Shown here: positions 53,751-61,713 of the stretch, piece after piece | How the letters are laid out: each line of letters begins with the position of its first letter | Position numbering within the stretch: the stretch's first letter is position 1 | Source of the DNA: Verrucomicrobiales bacterium | GTDB lineage: Bacteria; Verrucomicrobiota; Verrucomicrobiia; Limisphaerales; JAFMIX01 | Reading direction: 5' to 3' | Assembly (NCBI GenBank): GCA_031371425.1 | Contig: JANMJO010000025.1 | Span: 1 to 63,071 of the forward strand | DNA: 63,071 nucleotides | The notes under the pieces: model-generated | Told to the model about the DNA's origin: nothing | What the model saw: the letters and a program-made list of their open reading frames with translations, nothing else | Database searches by the model: none | Made by a program: the position numbers and the translations under genes

Positions 53751-53763
53751 GGGCGGGAAGATA

Positions 53764-53791
53764 CAGAAGCCAGAAGCCAGAAGCCAGAAGG
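53764..53791. repeat. Heptanucleotide array (cagaagc)x3 plus cagaagg, upstream of prfB
   Basis: Read directly. It is related to the ccagaat arrays at 54173-54207 and near 57126-57150. Confidence 0.8.
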
Positions 53792-53805
53792 GAAAGGAGC
53801 GGGGC

Positions 53806-53876
53806 TTGGAGTTCCGCCTTCAGGCGGTTCGGAACATGACACAAACCCGACCGCGTAAACGCGGAACTCCAAACAT
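53806..53876. repeat. ggagttccgc...gcggaactcc hairpin element; second copy of the element nested at 5186-5262, in opposite orientation
   Basis: ttggagttccgccttcaggcgg...cgtaaacgcggaactccaaac here, versus ttggagttccgcgtttacg...cgcctgaaggcggaactccaaac at 5186-5262. Confidence 0.8.
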
Positions 53877-53893
53877 TGGCCCGCTGGTTTTCA

Positions 53894-55756
53894 TCACATC
53901 TGCTCGACGGTCTCGATGCCGAGGGTTTCCAAGCCCTGTTTCAAAACCCGCGCCGTCAGGTCGCAGAGCGTGAGCCGGCTAGCGCGCGTGGCGGCATCGT
54001 CGGCTTTGAGCACGGGGCAATTCTCAAAGAAGCGGGAGAAATGGCTGGCAAGATCGTAGAGATAATTGCAGAGATAGTTCGGGCGATACTCCTCCGCCAC
54101 GGCTTCGAGCGTGATGCCGAAGTTGAGCAAGTGCTTGGCAAGCGCGAGTTCCTCCGGCGCGGCGAGCTTCAATTCTGGATTCTGGATTCTGGATTCTGGA
54201 TTCTCCAGTTTCCGGAAAATGCTTTGGATGCGCGCGTAGGCGTATTGGAGATACGGCGCGGTGTTGCCGTTGAACGCGAGCATCTTGTCCCAACTAAAAA
54301 TGTAATCGCTCTGGCGGTTCGGCAGGAGGTCGGCGTATTTCACCGCGCCGAGTCCGATGACGCGGGCGATTTCCCTGCGCTGCGCTTCGGGCAGGTCGCC
54401 GCTCTTTTCGGAAACGAGCTTGAAGGCGCGCTCCTCGGCTTCGTCGAGCAGGTCGCCGAGCTTCACGGTATCGCCGGAGCGGGTCTTGAAGGGCTTGCCG
54501 TCGTCGCCCAGGATTTTGCCGAAGCCGACGTGGATGAGTTTTGTTTTTGTCATCCCGTCATTTTTCCAGCGGGCAAAAGTAAGAAACAGTTTTTTGAAAT
54601 GCCCGGACTGCCGGTCGTCCACCACATAAACAATCTCATCCGGCGACCAAGTCTTGAGCCGGTAATCAATCGTCGCGAGGTCGGTGGTCATGTAGTTGAA
54701 ACCGCCGTCGCTCTTGCGGACGAGCGCGGGGTCGGCCACCCATTCGCCGTCGCGGTTGACGAGGAACGGGTCTTCCTTGGGCGGCAACACGCCATCGCTG
54801 AACACGCCCACGGCACCCTCGCTCTCGCGGGCGATGCTGCGTGTGAGCAGGTCGGCTACGACTTCGCCGAGCCACGGATTGTAAAAGCTTTCGCCCAGTG
54901 TCTGGTCGAACTTCACGCCGAGCCGGCCGTAGATCGTGTCGAACTGTTTTTGCGAGAGCGCAATCATCTCCTTCCAGACGGAAATATTTTCGGCGTCGCC
55001 GGCCTGGAGTTTCACCAACTCGGCCTTGGCGGCTTCGAGGCGCGCGGGGTTGGCATCGCACTCGGCGTTGATGACTTTGTAGAGGCGTTCGAGTTCGGCG
55101 ATGGCGTCGCGGTCGAGCGCGGGGCGGTCGAGGATTTGTTTCCAGCCGAGCAGCAACTTGCCGAACTGCGTGCCCCAGTCGCCGATGTGATTGTCGGTGA
55201 TGACGCGATGGCCGAGCAGGCGCAGCGTGCGCTGGAGAGCGTCGCCGATGCCGGTGCTGCGAATGTGGCCGACGTGCATGGGCTTGGCGACGTTGGGCGA
55301 GCTGAAGTCAATGACCACGGTGCGGCGACGTAGGGCAGGCGTCTCGCCTGCCCGCGCCGATGAAGTTGGCGCAACGACTTCAATGCTCGCGCTGACGCGC
55401 TCGCCGGGCAGGCGAGACGCCTGCCCTACGTTGTCGAAAAACAAATGCTCTCCACGCGCCGCGGCTTCGAGCGTTTGCGCGAGCGCGCCGGGCTTGAGGC
55501 GGAAATTGATGAAGCCCGCGCCGACGATTTCCGCTTTCTCGCACCACTCGGTCACGTCCAGCTTGGCGAGCGTGTCGGTGGCGAGCTGGCGGGGGTTGAG
55601 CTTGCGCTGCTTGGCGAGCGACATCAGCGCGTTGCTCTGGTAATCGCCGAATTTCGGGTCGCACGGGCGGACGAGCACGGCGGAGACATCGGCGTCTGGC
55701 AGCACGGCGAGGACGGCGGCTTGCAGGCGGAGTTCGATTTGTTTATGCGGCAACAC
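53894..55756 (-). CDS. argS: Arginine--tRNA ligase
   Basis: KFGDYQSNALMSLAK (N-terminal Add-1 domain), FSSPNVAKPMHVGHIRS (HIGH), class I core, and the DALR anticodon-binding end LCDLTARVLKQGLETLGIETVEQM. GTG start at 55756. The gene contains two repeat-derived in-frame inserts. Confidence 0.95.
   Translation of the reverse strand: MLPHKQIELRLQAAVLAVLPDADVSAVLVRPCDPKFGDYQSNALMSLAKQRKLNPRQLATDTLAKLDVTEWCEKAEIVGAGFINFRLKPGALAQTLEAAARGEHLFFDNVGQASRLPGERVSASIEVVAPTSSARAGETPALRRRTVVIDFSSPNVAKPMHVGHIRSTGIGDALQRTLRLLGHRVITDNHIGDWGTQFGKLLLGWKQILDRPALDRDAIAELERLYKVINAECDANPARLEAAKAELVKLQAGDAENISVWKEMIALSQKQFDTIYGRLGVKFDQTLGESFYNPWLGEVVADLLTRSIARESEGAVGVFSDGVLPPKEDPFLVNRDGEWVADPALVRKSDGGFNYMTTDLATIDYRLKTWSPDEIVYVVDDRQSGHFKKLFLTFARWKNDGMTKTKLIHVGFGKILGDDGKPFKTRSGDTVKLGDLLDEAEERAFKLVSEKSGDLPEAQRREIARVIGLGAVKYADLLPNRQSDYIFSWDKMLAFNGNTAPYLQYAYARIQSIFRKLENPESRIQNPELKLAAPEELALAKHLLNFGITLEAVAEEYRPNYLCNYLYDLASHFSRFFENCPVLKADDAATRASRLTLCDLTARVLKQGLETLGIETVEQM
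54173..54207. repeat. Heptanucleotide array (ttctgga)x4 plus ttctcca inside argS
   Basis: Read directly. It is translated as LENPESRIQNPELK in a surface-loop position of the anticodon-binding domain. Confidence 0.9.
55328..55431. repeat. 104-bp palindromic element with perfect 26-bp terminal inverted repeats, translated in-frame inside argS
   Basis: acgtagggcaggcgtctcgcctgccc (55328-55353) is the exact reverse complement of gggcaggcgagacgcctgccctacgt (55406-55431). It encodes VGQASRLPGERVSASIEVVAPTSSARAGETPALRR immediately before the catalytic-core start (TVVIDFSSPN). Confidence 0.85.
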
Positions 55757-55769
55757 GGGAAAGATTTAA

Positions 55770-55910
55770 CCACGGATGAACACGGATGAACACGGATAAA
55801 ACGAAACAAAAAGTTGCAGGTTGCAGGTTGCCCGTTGCAGGTTTGGGAGCGCGAATCATTCCGGGCGCAGGGCAGATTAACTTTCAACCTGCAACCATCA
55901 ACTTGCAACC
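55770..55910. repeat. Two intergenic repeat families between argS and ptsN: (cacggatgaa)x3 direct array and gttgcaggttgcagg / cctgcaacc inverted arrays
   Basis: ccacggatgaacacggatgaacacggataaa lies at 55770-55800. gttgcaggttgcaggttgcccgttgcaggtt (55813-55843) faces aacctgcaaccatcaacttgcaacc (55886-55910). Confidence 0.75.
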
Positions 55911-55915
55911 GGAAG

Positions 55916-56380
55916 CTACTTCTTCCCGAAATCTTTGATGATGCCGAGCATGGTGTTGGCGTCGGGCGATTGCTCGAGGGCCTGGCGGAATTCGGCCTTG
56001 TGCATCAGCTTGGCGATGTTGGCGAGGGTGTGGAGGTGCTTCTGAAACTGACCTTGCGGCACGAGGAACAGCATGACGAGGTTGACGGGCTGGTTGTCGA
56101 GGGCGTCGAAGTTGACGCCTTTCTTGGAGCGGCCCAGCGCGCCGACGACTTCGTGGATGAGGTCGGTGGAGGCGTGCGGCAGGCCGATGCCGAAGCCGAT
56201 GCCGGTGCTCATGGAGTTCTCGCGCTTCTTGACGGCGGCGGTGACGGCCTCGCGGTCCTCGGGCTTGATTTTTTCCGTGCGGACGAGGTTGCCGATGAGT
56301 TCGTCAATCGCCTCCCAGCGGTTGGTGGCCTGCAACTCTGGCAAGATGTTATTCGGACCGAGAATGTCACCGAGATCCAT
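55916..56380 (-). CDS. ptsN: PTS EIIA(Ntr)-type nitrogen regulatory protein
   Basis: 154 aa with the EIIA-2 fold pattern. The phosphorylatable His context is GIGFGIGLPHASTD, and VNLVMLFLVP is also present. Confidence 0.8.
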   Translation of the reverse strand: MDLGDILGPNNILPELQATNRWEAIDELIGNLVRTEKIKPEDREAVTAAVKKRENSMSTGIGFGIGLPHASTDLIHEVVGALGRSKKGVNFDALDNQPVNLVMLFLVPQGQFQKHLHTLANIAKLMHKAEFRQALEQSPDANTMLGIIKDFGKK

Positions 56381-56449
56381 AAATTAATTCAAATACGACA
56401 ATGCGGCGGACATTTCGCCGGAAACCCGGCGGCATATCAAGGGGAATTA

Positions 56450-57112
56450 TCAACGGCGCAGCAGCAGTCCACCCAAGTGCTGCCAGACGGCGACGGTGAA
56501 TTCCCACCACCAACCCAAGGTCGCGAGCAACCCCACCCGCGCCGTGAGCAGCGAAATCCCAACGAGCAACACCGCTGCGTTGCCGAGAAAGATGATGACC
56601 GCCGAGAACAGCCAGCCCTGTCCGGTGATGTCCGACTGCTGGGCCTGCAAGATATGCCACGTCAACGTGATGTGGAACGCATACGCCGCGCCGATCAAAA
56701 GGTGAAACCACACCCGATACGCCTGCCAATCCCAAAAAAATTGACCGCACGCGAACACCAGCACGATGAGCGCGACGTAGATCGGAAAAAAATACGGCGC
56801 GAGGGCGATGAGGAAGTTCGTTTTGGTGACGACGACGTGGCCGCCTTCGGAACTGACCTTGAATTTTTTTACATCGCCGCCAAAAAGCCAGGCCCAAAGC
56901 GCGTGCGTGAGTTCATGGCCGAAAACGTAAATCCACATCGGCTTTGGTAGCAGCAGGTAGATCACCACCCAGCAAACCGCGCCCGCCGCGAGCGCGACCC
57001 AGACGGTGTCCGCGTTGCCGCTGGCGGCGAACACGCGCCCCAACGCCTGCGCCGCGCCGATGCAGGCCGGCAGCAGCAGGAGGGCGAGGATGAACTTGAA
57101 CCATTTTGGCAC
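56450..57112 (-). CDS. Polytopic membrane protein with HExxH motif (M50-like putative metalloprotease)
   Basis: GTG start at 57112. About six hydrophobic segments, with VFGHELTHALWAWLFG. Confidence 0.65.
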   Translation of the reverse strand: MPKWFKFILALLLLPACIGAAQALGRVFAASGNADTVWVALAAGAVCWVVIYLLLPKPMWIYVFGHELTHALWAWLFGGDVKKFKVSSEGGHVVVTKTNFLIALAPYFFPIYVALIVLVFACGQFFWDWQAYRVWFHLLIGAAYAFHITLTWHILQAQQSDITGQGWLFSAVIIFLGNAAVLLVGISLLTARVGLLATLGWWWEFTVAVWQHLGGLLLRR

Positions 57113-57163
57113 GCGGGGAGGAGACAGAATCCAGAATCGGGAATCCAGAAGAAACCATCGCGG

Positions 57164-57934
57164 CTATTCAGCGCCAAGGTCGAACTCCAGCCGCGTGCGC
57201 GAGCCGGTCTGGACGTTGCGGATTTCCATCTCCTGCAACTGCCATTGGCCGGCCACCTTCTTGAAGGACTTCGGCTCGAATTCCTTGAGCAGCTTGTTTT
57301 TGAAATCGTAAGCCTCGGCCTGCACGATGCCGCCGCTCTCGTGATCAATCCACGACACCACGCGCGAGTAGCCGTTCGTGGCCGGGCCGGAATTCGTGCT
57401 TTCCAACACCGTGCAACCCCGGCTGCGCTTGACCTCCTTCTTCAAAATCTTTTGCGCCGGCCAGTGGAAGAATTCCAAGCCGAGGTCGCAGAGCCAAAAG
57501 TCGGAGTTGCCGAATGGCTGGAATAATTCTTTGCCTGTGATTTCGCCCATCATACAACTGCCGTCACGCTTTAGATTATACTGATTTGTGCGCCCGGTCG
57601 CATGGGCCACCTCAAGCAAAGACGCGCCAAAAAAATCTGGGCGAAGGACTACAACGTATGAATTCAACCAGCCCGATTCGGTAACATTCACCGCACCACG
57701 AAAAGCGAAGTTTGTGCGAACACCTTTTCCATCGCGAATCTGAAGCGTTCCCAAATTCCGAAAATCTTCACTGGGTTTTGCCTCCCGAATCTGTCGCGCC
57801 AGTTCGCGCCCCTCAATTTCCGCCTTGGACAAGGCATCCGTCGTTTCCGCGCGCGCGCCGCCGGCCAGAAGCAAAACCAGCGCGGCCACGGCAAATACCC
57901 GGATGCTCCTGGCGCGCGGCCGGCTTGCCCTCAC
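57164..57934 (-). CDS. LolA-like outer-membrane lipoprotein-sorting family protein
   Basis: ORF 57164..58159. The C-terminal two thirds fit the LolA-like/outer-membrane lipoprotein-sorting family by eye (YSRVVSWIDHESGGIVQAEAYDFKNKLLKEFEPKSFKKVAGQWQLQEMEIRN). The upstream 75 aa of the track ORF are repeat-derived. The proposed GTG at 57934 gives (M)RASRPRARSIRVFAVAALVLLLAGGARA as signal peptide; the start is uncertain. Confidence 0.6.
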   Translation of the reverse strand: MRASRPRARSIRVFAVAALVLLLAGGARAETTDALSKAEIEGRELARQIREAKPSEDFRNLGTLQIRDGKGVRTNFAFRGAVNVTESGWLNSYVVVLRPDFFGASLLEVAHATGRTNQYNLKRDGSCMMGEITGKELFQPFGNSDFWLCDLGLEFFHWPAQKILKKEVKRSRGCTVLESTNSGPATNGYSRVVSWIDHESGGIVQAEAYDFKNKLLKEFEPKSFKKVAGQWQLQEMEIRNVQTGSRTRLEFDLGAE

Positions 57935-57940
57935 CCTGAC

Positions 57941-58120
57941 CCTCTCCCATCCGATGGGAGAGGGAACAGCAATGGACGTTTTTCGAATGTTCGGTTGCCC
58001 CGGCACTGCGGACGTGTTCTGTTTTACACCAAAAAAACCAACCCGCGTCGCCGAAACCGGAATACCCAAACTCGCCGCGACCATCCGCCTGCTCTCCCTC
58101 TCCCATCGGATGGGAGAGGG
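57941..58120. repeat. Inverted pair of ccctctcccatc(c/g)gatgggagaggg hairpin elements between lon and the LolA-like gene
   Basis: Copies lie at 57941-57965 and 58096-58120. Each is itself a hairpin, and their GGGTGAGGG tails point outward in opposite orientation. Confidence 0.8.
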
Positions 58121-58216
58121 CCGGGGTGAGGGGAAAGCGGACGTTGAAATGAGATTCATATTGTTGGTGGCACGGTCAGCCGCGCATCACTTCGAGGGCC
58201 GGCGGGCAGAGGGTGT

Positions 58217-60617
58217 TCATTTCGGACGGAGTGCCAGCTCGATCAATTCAGAAATGTGCCGGACGAAATGCGCCTTCAACTTCTGCCGGACTTCGGCGGG
58301 CACTTCCATCCAATCGCCACGGTTGGCTTCGGGCAGGATGACGCGCTTGAGGCCGAAGCGTTCGGCGGCGAGGATTTTCTCCTTGATGCCGCCCACGCGC
58401 AGGACGCGCCCGCGCAGGCTGATCTCGCCCGTCAACGCCGTGTCCGAACGCACCAACCGGTGCGCCAGCAGCGAGGCCAGCGCCACGACGAGCGTGACGC
58501 CCGCGCTCGGGCCGTCTTTGGGCGTCGCGCCGGCGGGGACGTGGATGTGCAGGTCGAACTGGCTGTAATCGGCGAGGTCGAGGCCGAGTTTCGTGGCTTG
58601 GCTGCGGAGATAACTCACGGCGGTCTGCGCGCTCTCTTTCATCACTTCGCCGAGCGATCCGGTGAGAATCAAATTGCCTTTGCCGGGCATGCGCGTGGCT
58701 TCGATGAACAGAATCTCGCCGCCCACGGGCGTCCACGCGAGGCCGATGGCGATGCCGTGTTCGGTGATTTTTTCCGCGCCGTCGGAGACAAAGCGCGGTT
58801 CGCCGAGGAATTGATTGAGCGTCTTGGCCTCGATGGTGAGGGAGTGCTTGCCGTTGGCGGCGATCTTGCGGGCGGCCTTGCGCATGACGGCGGCGAGGTC
58901 GCGGTCGAGCTGGCGGACGCCGGCTTCGCGGGTGTATTCGCGGATGATGTGGCGCAGGGTGGCGTCGGGGAATTTCACGAGCTGGCGGGTGAGGCCGTGT
59001 TCCTCCAACTGGCGCGGGATCAGGTGGCGCTTGGCGATCTGCAGTTTCTCGGATTCGGTGTAGCTGGGAATCTCGATGACTTCCAGCCGGTCTCGGAGGG
59101 CTACGTGGACGGGGTCGAGCCAGTTCGCGGTGGTGATGAACAGCACGCGGGAGAGGTCGAATGGTAGGTCGAGGTAGTGGTCGGTGAAGGTGTTGTTCTG
59201 CGCGGGGTCGAGGACTTCGAGCAGGGCGCTGGCGGGGTCGCCGTGGAAAATCCGCGCCGACCTTGTCGAGTTCGTCGAGGAGGATGACGGGGTTGCGGCT
59301 CTCGATGCGGCGGAGGGTCTGGATGATTCTGCCCGGCAGCGCGCCGACGTAGGTGCGGCGGTGGCCGCGGATTTCCGCCTCGTCGCGCAGGCCGCCGAGG
59401 GAGATGCGGGCGAACTTGCGCCCGAGGGCATCGGCGACGCTTTTGCCGAGGGAGGTTTTGCCGACGCCGGGCGGGCCGACGAGGCAGAGGATGGGGCCTT
59501 TGAGTTTTTGCTTGAGCTTGATGACGGCGAGGAATTCGAGGAGGCGGTCTTTGACTTTGGTCAGGCCGAAGTGTTGTTCGTCGAGGATGCGCTGGGCTTC
59601 GGCGAGGTCAATCTTGTCCTCGGTCTCCTTCAGCCACGGCAGGTTGATGATCCAGTCGAGGTAATGGCGGGTGAGGCCGTATTCGGCCATGGCGGGGGGC
59701 ATCTGCGCGAGGCGCTCCAATTCTTGCACGGCGACTTTGCGGGCTTCGGGCGGGAGTTCGGTTTTCTCGATGCGTTCGCGGAGGGTTTTGATTTCGGGGT
59801 TGCTTTGCTCGGAGTCGCCGAGTTCGCGCTGGATGGCGTGGAGCTGTTCGCGCAGGAAGAAGTCGCGCTGCGATTTGGAGAGGGAGGCGGAGACTTCGGA
59901 CTGGATTTTGGAAGTCAGGTTCAACAATTCCATCTCGCGGTTCAGAAGCGGCAGGAGTTGCTTGAGGCGGTCCTTGACGGAGTTATTTTCGAGGAGCTTC
60001 TGGCGTTCGTCGAGGGAGAGGTTGAGGTTGGCGGCGATGAGGTCGGCGAGGAGGCCGGGGCGCTCGACGTTGAGGGCGGTGAGCTTGATCTGCTCGGAGA
60101 GGCCGGGGGATTGTTTGACGATTTCCTGAAAGTGGTTGTGGGCGTTGCGGGCGAGCGCGGTGAGCTCCACGGATTCCTCCTTGGCGTCGCGCCAGACTTC
60201 GAAGTGGGCGCGGAGGTAGGGCTGTTGAGCCGAGTAATCTTTGATGCGGATGCGCCAGAGGCCTTCGATGAGGACGCGGACGGAGTTGTCGGGGAATTTC
60301 AGCATCTTGAGCACTCGGGCCGCGCACCCGTGCTCGAACATCTCCTCCGGTTTCGGATTGTCCGCCGCCGGATTCTTCTGCAACGCCAGCCCGATGAGCC
60401 GGTCGCCGTTCACCGCGTCGTCAATGAGCTTGATGCTGCCCGCCGTCTCGACCAGCAGCGGGCCGACCATGCCGGGGAAGAACACGATGTCCGAAAGGCC
60501 GAGGATGGGCAGGAGTTCCGGCAACGACCGCGAGGAGATGCGTGCCGATGGTGTATCCGCGCCGCTTTCCGGACCAAGAATGCTGATGAACTCTGTTTCG
60601 GAGTCGGGGGTGGTCAT
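58217..60617 (-). pseudogene. lon: ATP-dependent Lon protease, reading frame interrupted by a single extra nucleotide at about 59246 (true pseudogene, sequencing error or recoding not resolved)
   Basis: Track ORF 58248..60617 is Lon up to ...VILLDELDKVGADF and then becomes Arg/Pro-rich nonsense. Track ORF 58217..59431, one frame over, continues (F)HGDPASALLEVLDPAQNNTFTDHYLDLPFDLSRVLFITTAN... through the protease domain (PKDGPSAGVTLVVALASL). Walker A motif: GPPGVGKTS. Confidence 0.85.
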
Positions 60618-60664
60618 CGTTGGGTTTGGGATAGCAGAATCCGCCGCCTGCCGAAACGAAATAA

Positions 60665-61102
60665 TTACAAGGCGATGAAGATCTGGGTGGGCTTGGAGAC
60701 GGTTTGCTCGACGCGCGGCACGTCCAGCCGCAGAAAACCATTTTGATACGAGGCTTTGGACTGGCTCAAATCGTAGCCGGGGGGAAGTTCCAGGACGCTC
60801 TCGAAGGCGCCGTAGTTAATCTCCATCACGAGGAAGCTGGCCTTGTTGCCGCGGCAACCATCCGGGCGTTCGCCGCTGATGCGGAGTTGGCTGCCCTCCA
60901 CGCTGATCTGCAGATGTTCGCTGTGCACACCGGCCAGCTCGACCTTGACGACCATGCCTTCGGGCGTGGCGTAAACATCAGTGTTCGGCACCCAGTGGGA
61001 CTTTCCGGAGAACTCCGCCTCTCCCAGCGGGGAAGACCGTTTGACGTAATGCTCGGAGTTGTGTTTTTGGAGCGGCATCTGGGGCGAACGTAGCCTAGCC
61101 AT
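60665..61102 (-). CDS. Hsp20/alpha-crystallin small heat-shock protein
   Basis: WVPNTDVYATPEGMVVKVELAGVHSEHLQISVEGSQLRISGER...GAFESVLELPPGYDLSQSKASYQNGFLRLDVPR. The start may be the ATG at 61102 or at 61078. Confidence 0.85.
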   Translation of the reverse strand: MARLRSPQMPLQKHNSEHYVKRSSPLGEAEFSGKSHWVPNTDVYATPEGMVVKVELAGVHSEHLQISVEGSQLRISGERPDGCRGNKASFLVMEINYGAFESVLELPPGYDLSQSKASYQNGFLRLDVPRVEQTVSKPTQIFIAL

Positions 61103-61166
61103 TTCGGTTCTGCAAGCGTGGGCTGCGACAACGTCAAAACCTGATTCCACCCTCAAGCCAACCCCA

Positions 61167-61373
61167 TCACTTCATCTTCACGATAATCTGCGCTCGCTCG
61201 CCTTTGCGCTGGTGGAAGACGATGGAGCTTTTATCCGCCGGCTGACTGCCGCCAGCGCAACCACAGTGTCCATCGCGCCCCAACGGCGACTTGCGAGGGC
61301 GAAATCTGCGCCACGCAAAAATTCCCGCCGTCGCCGCCACAATGACCAACGCGCTAATCTGCTGCCAATCCAT
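61167..61373 (-). CDS. Small membrane-anchored Cys-rich protein (FeoB-associated Cys-rich-like)
   Basis: MDWQQISALVIVAATAGIFAWRRFRPRK (an N-terminal TM helix plus a basic patch) is followed by GHCGCAGGS. The family assignment is by resemblance only. Confidence 0.4.
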   Translation of the reverse strand: MDWQQISALVIVAATAGIFAWRRFRPRKSPLGRDGHCGCAGGSQPADKSSIVFHQRKGERAQIIVKMK

Positions 61374-61428
61374 GACACAAAATAACGCGAATCGCGCGAC
61401 GGGTCAAATCACCCGTCATTCGGTGGGT

Positions 61429-61623
61429 GTGACTGGAACTGCCGCGCAACGCACAAAGACTCGGACGGAGCGCGGCTGTGGCGCAGCCCAGCCGCAGCAG
61501 CTCGGCATTACAGTGCGCGTAGGAAATTACAGGACGCACCCAACCTTCCAACTTGCTGCGGCTGGTCGAGGACGACACAGCCGCGCTCCGTCAGCCAGCT
61601 CCCTGCGCGGCAGTTTCAGTCAC
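61429..61623. repeat. 195-bp nested palindromic (MITE-like) element upstream of kdsB
   Basis: The outer arms gtgactggaactgccgcgca (61429-61448) and tgcgcggcagtttcagtcac (61604-61623) match at 19 of 20 positions. The inner arms gacggagcgcggctgtg (61464-61480) and cacagccgcgctccgtc (61576-61592) are perfect. A further ccagccgcagca / tgctgcggctgg pair lies inside. Confidence 0.75.
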
Positions 61624-61670
61624 GCCCTCATTCGGTTGCGCCGTTGATGCGTTGGAAAGCTGGAAAGAAA

Positions 61671-61701
61671 ATCTGTGTTTCATCTGTGTTTCATCTGTGG
61701 C
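61671..61701. repeat. Single-arm CACAGATGAA-family array (atctgtgtttc x2 plus atctgtggc) immediately upstream of kdsB
   Basis: Read directly. It is the same family as 48386-48455 and 52524-52601. Confidence 0.75.
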
Positions 61702-61713
61702 TAAATATGCCGC

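Noticed and set aside
53751-53872. N-terminal extension of the prfB track ORF (MEFRVYAVGFVSCSEPPEGGTPSPAPF...)
   Set aside because: This is the +1 frame read through intergenic repeat elements (the ggagttccgc hairpin and heptamer array). The real RF2 starts at the ATG at 53750 in frame 0.
57935-58159. N-terminal 75 aa of the LolA-like track ORF (SPIRWERE..., PSPIGWERVRVRA)
   Set aside because: These peptides are translations of the ccctctcccatcggatgggagaggg hairpin elements, not coding sequence.
58248-59245. Continuation of the 789-aa lon track ORF downstream of the frameshift
   Set aside because: The translation is Arg/Pro/His-rich with no Lon motifs, while the neighbouring frame encodes the authentic Lon C-terminal half. 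The frame is open only because of GC richness.
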